From Octopus bimaculoides (lineage: Eukaryota), in NCBI RefSeq assembly GCF_001194135.2, contig NC_068995.1, positions 53,898,474 through 53,962,120 on the forward strand: DNA of 63,647 nucleotides. The letters are read 5' to 3'. The translations under genes and the position numbers were made by a program. Below, piece after piece: positions 54,361-63,647 of the stretch. The notes under the pieces are model-generated. The model had not been told where the DNA came from and did no database searches. It saw nothing but the letters and a program-made list of their open reading frames with translations. Numbering within the stretch: the stretch's first letter is position 1; every line of letters starts with the position of its first letter.

Positions 54361-55302
54361 AGCTTTTGAGGGTATATCAGCTGAAACGTTGTGTTAACAA
54401 CAAATAAGATGGGGACAAATATCTGTCAAATGTAAATAATGTAAGTAATTTCTGATGCTGTTAAACTCTGAGAAAAACATTACTCAAACATGAATAATAT
54501 ATTACTTCTCATGTCCAGGAGACACCTCCGAGAATAATTCGTTCTTATGTTCTCACGTGCAAAACATAGATCATACTGTACTTATCTGAAATGGATGTGA
54601 GGGAGTCACTACAAAATATGTTAGGACATCAACGCCAAGGAAATGTTTACAACAAATTTATTTTCAGTCTGACGCATTCGCTTCCTGGATAGCAAAAGTA
54701 CTTTCTGAATCTGAATAAATCTATTGCTATATAGCCTAGTAACACGACCTACAATGCGTTCGTGTTTAGCAAAGAATGGTATCAGTTTCCTGATCAGATA
54801 TATTACGGGCTGATATTTATTCTTCACATGAGATGTAAAAATATAGTTTCATAGAGCCAGCGCTATGACGTCTTATACGTGAGAGTTTAATCTTAAGAAA
54901 CAAGTAATCGAAAGTGACTGAAACATCGTATCGGAATGGTTGATGAGAGTGTTAGAAATAGATATTTTTGGAAAGTAATGCAAAGCGAAGCACTATTGCT
55001 TTGGGTGACTTTTCGACAAGTTGAATTCCTTTGATGAGGCACTCAGTCTCTTCGATGACGAGCTCTCCTTGCATGTGGCTTCCTGGACTCACCTACAAGG
55101 CAGCAGAACATTGCAAACATGTCGCAACAACAGCAGCCACGATGCAGCCACGATTAGTTATCTCCCAACCTCCTAGACAGACGCATATATGCTTGTGTGT
55201 ATGCGTACTATGTACACACACACACATATACAAATATACACTTGAGCGTCTGTACGTATGCACGACGTGAATCAGCGTGAATAATTTATATATATACATA
55301 TG

Positions 55303-55353
<51 letters not shown>

Positions 55354-57653
55354 GACTCTCTTCAAATTTGTTAGACGGCCAGTGTATTCGCATCTCTTTG
55401 AAGATGTGGGCTTTAAATGAAGAGGTTTTGCAAGCAAACATTTCTCGAAAGAAAGGTGGTGGCTATTGCTATGAAATGTTTTCTCTCCATAGGATGTAGA
55501 ATGTCTTCCCCAGTTTTGTTTTACACTTTGTATCTGACGAGAACAGTTTCAACACCGCAGAGTTGCTACCACATTTAACAGGTAGTTGAGCACCCAAAGG
55601 CATCAATTATTCGTATCATGCCTCACATATATGTACAATTGTAAGACCATACTGCTTTAAGTTCAACTAAAAAATTATAAATATGCATTGTAAACTTGTT
55701 CACACTAGGCACACATATTCTACGATGAATTCATGCAAGTGAATACATGCCGAAACATAACATTTCACGTATTTATGAATCGATTTCAGCATATATATTT
55801 ATCTCACTCACATATGTTATATGCAGTTATTGATTAATGTCTCATAATAAGTTGTATACATAAATGCATAATTAGCTCTATTGAATTCAATGAAAGACGT
55901 GGAATAGCAAGCATTACCTTTAATATTAAATACATAAACGAAAGGCAAAAGCTATAACTTTGAATCGAAGTCGCGCAATAGGTTTCATTATCCTTGTAAG
56001 ATCACCCACCAGCCTTGCTCTTCACACCTTGCATTTATTCCGCACTACAATGTTACTCTGTTATTATTCGTTCTACAAGAATCACATTAGCACCATGCAA
56101 TTCAAGATTTCCATTCGTTCTATTAGTTCGAGGTATTATAGGTAAGTCTGATAGTCTATTAAAATCGCTCTCGATATCTAACTGGTATTTATTGATACCA
56201 AAGGAGCAAAGTGCTAGCACGATCCTAGCTAGAAATAATGTAATACATATAGATGATTAACGAAGGTATAAAGATGAGATTTGATCTGCATGCTTTCTTT
56301 GATACATTCAAGAACATGCGCATGTTGAGCTCAACGCATTGTTAGTGCATTAACATTTATAATGTTGCAATTTCTTACGTGGCTGGATAAAGAATCGCAA
56401 TGCTACTTTTTAAAACTATGCCATTGTTACAGTGTCTTGTCCATTGACTTAACAATTTGCAAAGGTACAGAAAAATACTACTTGTTTAAATCATGGAAAT
56501 TGAAGAGTATGATAATATATTCAGAGGGAGCCTGACGCATTTTGGGAGATAAATCATACACAAATATCAAAGCTTTTATGATCTAATGAATTATTTAAGG
56601 AATACTTGCATTTTGCACTCTGCCCTCGACGATTCATAAAAATCTTGCTTTAATCTAGTTTCTCTAGAGATTCTTGACTGAGAAGGCATCGCTGCCCATA
56701 ATGCACAAGAGAATTTTTCCTGCAATCGTGCTGCGAAAGACTATTATATATAATTTTGAAAGGTAAACTATGGTAATATAATTCATTTTCCCGTAAATGT
56801 ACATAGCGTTAATGACATTATTATATCAGAACTATATAGAGGAATACAAAGACATGCATTTATCAAGGAAATAAGCAGCTTAATTGAAGATAGAAAACTG
56901 AAATAGCGATGTGGCTTCGATTTTCCGGAAGCTTACAACATGCCCTCTCTTAAAACCGCTGATTGATTTATTTATCATGCCGCGTAATTGTGATGTTTGA
57001 TCTTGAATATAATGTGTTGTTATATAAACACAAGCCAATAGAAATAATAATCCTCTCTAAAGCTACGATAAACCTCCTCAAATGGGATTTCGTTTTACAC
57101 TCCGACACTTAACAAAGTATCCCTATTTAAGTGGCCTGTCGATAAGGGATGGTATAGTATCCCCGTTAAGCCGTTTCACACAACGCTTATCAGTACAAAT
57201 GAAGAGAAATTGCGTGAAACGAGAAACAAAATCTGGTCATATTTTAAATTCGACAGAGGCTACAACTAGATCAATGACACGATTTTACAAGCTTTGCTAT
57301 AATCGATTGTAGCACCTCTTATTATCTCCCTAGTCAAGACTTTTGATGATCAGGGTATAAAACAAAAACCTCCCCAAAAAACAATATATAAAGCACTCTG
57401 AGCCATCCCTCGATGTAACGTGAACTCTGTAGAAAGAGATAACGGGGCAGAAAATACTGACGCAGAACGTTCCTATTAATAACGTCGACCACATATCCTG
57501 CGACAAATCCATTGTAAGCTGAATATTTAAGCAGTATGGAAATTAATACGAAGTTGCTGCTTATACCATTCTTATACACATGTCAAATCTCATTATATTA
57601 GCCCACTTTCATCTGTCATTTTTCATAACGTAGACGCTTCTTCAACATATTAT

Positions 57654-57656
57654 TCT

Positions 57657-57716
<60 letters not shown>

Positions 57717-57842
57717 TACTACTACTGCTACTGCCGCTGCTGCTTCTGCTGCTACTACTGCTACTACTACTACATCATAATCACAATAACAAAATCACCA
57801 CCACCACCACCACCACAAACAGCAACAACAACAATAATAATA
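57654..57842. repeat. Compound trinucleotide tract (CTA)n-(CTG)n-(CAC)n-(CAA/AAT)n
   Basis: Directly visible. Confidence 0.9.
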
Positions 57843-58482
57843 CAAAAATAATCATCTTGTGCTTCTTTCCCTTCACTTTTATACTTGTATATGTCTTCTC
57901 ACCGGCCGCCATCGCTCTCATATCCCCATTTTTTTTCTGTTTTACTTCTACATTCCATTTGAAAATAAATCAAGAAAGGTTTAAAATAGATTGTCAAACA
58001 TAAGAATGAGATATTCAAGTCGTTTCCAACGTGGAAACGTCAAGAAATATCTAAAGAAAATGTAAACATCAAACGTGCTCTTCCTATTACTATAGTAACT
58101 TGGTTATAATAAATTATGGACGTGTGATCAACATCTGCTGGAAAACGAAGGCATTGCAGATACAAAGACGTAAATTATATTGCTTCATATTCCACTGTCA
58201 ATTTTTTGTATTGTAAATTTCATAATTAAAAGTATCTGTAGACGTTTCTTTCATTTATTCAACAAACTGCAATACACAGTTTTCCTTTATACTACTCATA
58301 AAAATTAATACTCAGTAACTCAGTCTTCTATTAGATAACAACGGACGAACACTGTATAACTTCTGTCTTCGCTCTGCCTCCATACTTGTATATGTATTTC
58401 TAGGTTTGTACCAAATCACGGCTTCTGTAGTAGGAATTATTGTTATTATTATTTTATGTTTATTTTTTAAAGGGCAAGGTCT

Positions 58483-58543
58483 CAGAATTACAGTGGTTAC
58501 AATCAGGCACGTTCACAGAATTTCAGTGGTTACAATCAGGCAC
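58483..58543. repeat. Local tandem duplication, 28-bp unit with period 33
   Basis: cagaatt(a/t)cagtggttacaatcaggcac occurs at 58483-58510 and 58516-58543. Confidence 0.9.
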
Positions 58544-60167
58544 TTTCTTTTTGTATTTGATAATATTACAAATAAGAAAAAAAAAATTGTGTTAAATAGT
58601 ATGGTGTATATGTATTAGACTTCGTATATGTACGACTGCGTACACCGATTCTGAAATGTATATATCTTAGGAGTTTGTGCTTCTCTTCATTATAATGTAT
58701 GTGTGAGAGAAACTTAAATGAATCGTGTCAAACTTAAACTAAACTATTCGAATGAACGTACGTGATTTGAAACTCAATCAACTCATGATAATTATGTATA
58801 ACTTTCATCCAGACACATGTCTTGAAATGATGGCAAGTGTTGCTGCAATCAAAGAGACACCAGAGACAACATCTCTCAGATTTTACTATTTGGTCTGTTT
58901 CCACGGTTTTACTTAAAAGATATTTTGTTCTTGTGCAGTGAGACATCTAGAGAGAAATGTATTCTAAGAGATAACTATATTGGTTAAAATGTATTAGTGT
59001 TTTAGTCAATGTAACTCATAGACACGTGCCTTCACAGAGCGTTGCTTAAGAGTAAGCTATGAATATTTATTATAAAGAACAAAAAACAAAACCTGAACTT
59101 TCTTCTGAACACGTTGGTAAATGTAACCTCACTATATAAACAGGTTACATTAGTATGTAAATCAATCAAGTTGCGTATAATCCATTATGTATATAAATGC
59201 ATAGCATGTGACTGTTCTCTCAACGAAAACCATGTATTAGAATATTTTGTGAATACCATGTAGCTAGGTTATATGCAGCAATTTTACACAGATGTATACT
59301 TTTGAACATGTGGAGTACTTATTTAGCTACCCAACGAATATAATAACGGTTCAAATCTGAACGTGAACTGTTTTTAAGTAAAATACATAATTGAATAAGA
59401 AAATAATTCAATATACTAAGCAAAACCAAAGTAAAAGTGTTTAAATTTCATTTACAGCTCATTTCTTAGGAAAGCAATTGCTACAGTATGTCAGATATTT
59501 TATTATTTTTTTTTGTAAAATTATAATACTGAATTTTTGAATAGTGGGAAGCTTATATTGAACACGGCGGGCGAAAAATTCACCTCTGCCTCTCCCTCTC
59601 TCTTTGTCTCTCTCTTTTTATATACATACGTAAATGCATACTTACATATATAATGCGTACGTACATACATATAAACATACATGCATAAATACATACGATC
59701 ATGCATACATATATACATACATGTATATAATATATATATATCTATATATGTATGATATAAAATATATTTATATGAAATATTATGTATAATAGACTTCATA
59801 TGGGTGTGTTAGTGTACATATATGTGTGAATGAGTATCTATGAGTATGTATGTATTTTATCAGTAAGTTCAAGACATCATAGATATTTATTAAGGCGTAC
59901 AAGTTGCCTTCGAAATCAATAAACGATGAAAAATGGAAAAGAAACGTGGAATGGATCAATGGGTTCTTTCTTAATTTTATTGGTGAGGTAAGAAAAATAG
60001 TACTTTTTTTTGGTGTAATCCTTACTACGTTAGCAATTTGCCTTCGTTATGAGCGGTCCTAAAGGTTTGTGCTTCAGTAGTAAAGGCAAACTTCCGGACT
60101 AAAGTGATTATTAAACTCACTCCTGCAAGATGTACGCATTTTTCACAACAATACAACCTCTACAGCA

Positions 60168-60248
60168 TGCTCTTGAGGCTGTGTGGTAAGAAGCTTGCTC
60201 TTGAGGCTATGTGGTAAGAAGCTTGCTTCGCAACCACATGGCTTTCGG
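60168..60248 (+). mobile_element. SINE family C head fragment with 28-bp tandem duplication
   Basis: ggctgtgtggtaagaagcttgcttcgcaaccacatgg is a tRNA-like head. Duplicated units are 60168-60195 and 60196-60223. Confidence 0.7.
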
Positions 60249-61041
60249 TTTAAAAGTTCAAAATGGACGAAACCTTTCATATTCCACCAAAGCGATAACA
60301 CCACCTTACGTGGTTGGAAACCTTCTTCAGCCTGGGGTGCTGGTGTTTCTCCTTTCCTTACCCACTGTCTCCGGCGCTTGACAGTCTTATAGAGAACCCA
60401 CTTATCGTCAGCAGTTAATATTCGGTCCAAGAAAGGTTCATTCGTGATATGTGACAGCGAAAAAGAGCACACATTTACACACTGCACGAGATTAGACATG
60501 GTAATTTTATGAGGAACCCATTGACCCAATTTGCTGACTCTTTCTATGGCACGCAGGTGTCAATGAATGGTTGAATGATTGAATCCAAGCTTCTCTGCTG
60601 GTTCCTCAAAGTTACAATGAAATTTTGTTCCACCAGGGTTTTCAGGACGTCCTCGTCGAACTCTACAGTTCTTCCAGAACCAGGCACGTCTTCTAGTTTG
60701 TAGTTTCCCGCTTGGAATTTCTGGAACCATCATTGACACTGGCTTACGCTTATTGAACGATTCCTATATAATGCATTAATATTCCTGGCACTTGCCGCTG
60801 CGTCGTTGCCTTTATTGAACTCATAAAGCAAAATATGCCGAATATGCTTCTTTGTCACTTTATATTATAGCTTTGAAAAATAATGTTAAATCGAACAGCA
60901 CTCTTCAAAAAATTGCACTAAGAATAAACCCAAGGTAATATTACTACTTACCTTTATAGCAAGTTGATGCAGGTAGTTTACCCCGTCCCCATCCGACTTT
61001 TATTTTGTGAAATTGATAAAACCGCTTTATTTATGGGATGA

Positions 61042-61046
<5 letters not shown>
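60249..61046 (-). mobile_element. Mariner transposon 5' two-thirds (TIR plus transposase pseudogene)
   Basis: The end TAGTGTCATCCCATAAATAAAGCGG abuts (TA)n. It reads HIRHILLYEFNKG...WFQKFQAGNYKLED..GSGR, then LGQWVPHK..FLDRILTADDKWVLY...PRKVVLSLWWNMKGFVHFELL (WVPHEL, GDEKW and VWW motifs). It has stops and a frameshift and is cut before the second catalytic Asp. Confidence 0.92.
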
Positions 61047-61120
<74 letters not shown>

Positions 61121-62264
61121 CATATATATACACTCACTCACGCACATACACACACACTCACACACGTACACACCCATATATATTTATGAGAATTTATGTT
61201 AAAGAGAAGTATATATCGGTTTTTTCTCTTTGTACGTTTGACTGTTTTGGTTTTTGGTGCCTCTGAAAGGATGTTCCAAGTGCAATTGGATGCTTAACCA
61301 CCATGAATAATCATTGGAACACATTATTGCATCATGTTACATAGATCAAATATCTGAATTTGGACAGATGGCGAGACATTTTATAAGTATTTGGAGAGGA
61401 AAGTAGATAGAAAGCAAAATGATAGAGAAAAATAAAAATAAATACAACAAAAGAGAGGATGAGGGGGGAAGAGAAAAAGAAAGAATAGACAAATACAGAC
61501 ATATACACACACACACACACACACACACTCACAAATACATACATAGAAACACACACATTTATCTCACAAACACCAGGCTGCCTTTAAAATCTCGAAATGG
61601 TGACAATAATACAACACCAAAAACGAAATCTACGTAAAAACTAGAAAGCTGCGTGACTTTAGAAACTTTATTGAAGATAATAGCAATGAGAGAAGGAGAA
61701 AGAAACAGGAGATAAAGTTTTAAAGCGAGCAGTAATAGTCAATGTCAGAAATGTCGATGAAGTAATCTATAAATAGTTTCAGTGGCAGTTGGAAAAAATA
61801 TTTTTTTCATTTATCATTCTGTTGTGTGAATTTTCAGCTATATCACTTAAACGAAAATTTCTGTTGAGTTTTCTCTTTTTAATTTTCTACTAACTGCTGC
61901 ATCAGAGCATGTAATGTTATGCTGTAACTCCAGCTGAACGCAGAGCCACCTGGTGTTTTAGAAAAATTGTTCTGCTGATACGAATCTATCAGATTTGTAT
62001 CAACAGAAATAATTCTCAGACATCCAGTAGGCACTCACACACCTATACATACACACCTATATATACATCTACATATGTATGTACGTATGTATGTATGCAT
62101 GTATGTACGTATGTATGTATGCATGTATGTATGTATGTATGTATGTATGCACCTATATATATCTTTTATATATATGACTACATTCATATATGTATATATA
62201 CAAAGAGGGAGAGAAAACACACATGTATATATAAATATGTAGAAACGCACAGACATAAATATCT

Positions 62265-62295
<31 letters not shown>

Positions 62296-62672
62296 NNNNN
62301 NNNNNNNNNNNNNNNNNNNNNNNNNNNNNNNNNNNNNNNNNNNNNNNNNNNNNNNNNNNNNNNNNNNNNNNNNNNNNNNNNNNNNNNNNNNNNNNNNNNN
62401 NNNNNNNNNNNNNNNNNNNNNNNNNNNNNNNNNNNNNNNNNNNNNNNNNNNNNNNNNNNNNNNNNNNNNNNNNNNNNNNNNNNNNNNNNNNNNNNNNNNN
62501 NNNNNNNNNNNNNNNNNNNNNNNNNNNNNNNNNNNNNNNNNNNNNNNNNNNNNNNNNNNNNNNNNNNNNNNNNNNNNNNNNNNNNNNNNNNNNNNNNNNN
62601 NNNNNNNNNNNNNNNNNNNNNNNNNNNNNNNNNNNNNNNNNNNNNNNNNNNNNNNNNNNNNNNNNNNTATAT

Positions 62673-62704
<32 letters not shown>

Positions 62705-63484
62705 GCCTATATGTGTGTGCATATGTGTACCCAAAGAACTTTGCATTAAAGATGAAAGTAAAAAAGAAAAGAATTCGATACTGGTGAAGAATTTTGAAAT
62801 ATATTTATTAAACTTCACAATTTGTAATTCTGACATGTCGGATCTCGAAAATTTTATTGCGACCCTATTTGCAGTAAATGATTAAAAAAAAATGAAAATC
62901 CAGTATTTTGATAAAGAAAAATTTACATCTGAATTTTATCCAACAGCATTACCGGTATCTATAAAAAAATTCTATAACCATACGTACAACTATTAAGCTA
63001 GAAGCTAAGGAAATTGCTACCATACTTAAAATAGAAGATAGAGTAAAACTGATGCTCTTTTGCTTAGCTTATATTAAATTTAAATGTCATAAATATGTTT
63101 TTTCTTTCCCCAAACAAATGTTGATTTATCAACTCAAAACCTTCCGAGGTTAAGTTACTAAGAATTTCTGGATACTCTTACTTCTATATATGGAAAGCAA
63201 AAGCAAATTCCTTTATAGATTAATAGCATATGAACAATAATTTCTTTGTACGCATAATAAATGAATATATGTTATTTGAATTTTATATTGTGGGTTTCAA
63301 TACCACGATCACTCGATTATGATTTTCATACGCTTCCTCATTCCCTTATTCCGTCTCAGTTCTCAATAATTTTCCTATGGCTGTAGAGGTTTTGGGGATG
63401 ACAAAAGTGTGTGAAATTATTACGACAGTTCTTGCATTGGCGTGCCCATTCAGGTTGGTAGAATTGTACCTTTTTGAAATATAA

Positions 63485-63625
63485 GGAGCCTAGTAAGAAA
63501 TTTGTTTTCAATTCGCATGGCCATGGATTCAGTCCCACTGCATGGTACTTTTGTCCGACTAATGTCCGACTGACTGACCCTTTGTAAATGGTTCGGTGGG
63601 TGGAAACTGAGACACCTGCCGTGTA
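63485..63625 (+). mobile_element. Diverged SINE family C head
   Basis: Reads tagtaagaaatttg...ggattcagtcccactgcatggtactt...ggaaactgagacacctgccgtgtacatata and is homologous to the 60177 head. Confidence 0.6.
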
Positions 63626-63647
63626 CATATATATATATATATATATA

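Larger units (their letters stand above)
53911..54445 (-). mobile_element. 5'-truncated Penelope-like element with inverted terminal segment and 15-bp TSD
   Basis: Minus strand 54367 to 53911 carries the GIY-YIG tail, a tRNA-like segment, (AAT)n and the hammerhead region. An inverted terminal-repeat piece is at 54368-54445. The TSD is TAATTTCTGATG(T/C)TG at 53896-53910 and 54446-54460. Confidence 0.85.

Noticed and set aside
58483-58543. CRISPR-like repeat-spacer arrangement
   Set aside because: There are only two units with a 5-nt spacer, in eukaryotic context with no cas genes. It is a simple tandem duplication.
63330-63430. Possible DNA transposon terminus
   Set aside because: I found no matching inverted end or transposase in the window.

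Overview
This is AT-rich, microsatellite-saturated eukaryotic non-coding DNA from a gapped assembly: ten N-runs, nearly all abutting (TA)n or (CA)n. The repeat families look like those of octopod cephalopods; that is my inference from recalled repeat sequences, not a database result. I cannot support any intact host gene, rRNA or true tRNA. Most ORFs in the supplied track are translated microsatellites or gaps. The window holds many tRNA-derived SINE copies (about 4 families), decayed LINE pieces (CR1-like and RLE/R4-like), Tc1 and mariner transposase remnants, and several Penelope-like element (PLE) pieces. The most interesting signal is RNA-level. A PLE terminal repeat present five times carries a minimal type-I hammerhead ribozyme fold. 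In the longest copy (53911-54445) the order is GIY-YIG endonuclease tail, tRNA-like Pol III A/B-box promoter, (AAT)n, hammerhead. That copy ends within 3 nt of the predicted cleavage site and is flanked by a 15-bp target-site duplication (TSD). A second, unrelated repeat (33686-33736, minus strand) has the same hammerhead geometry with a swapped G3-C8 core pair.
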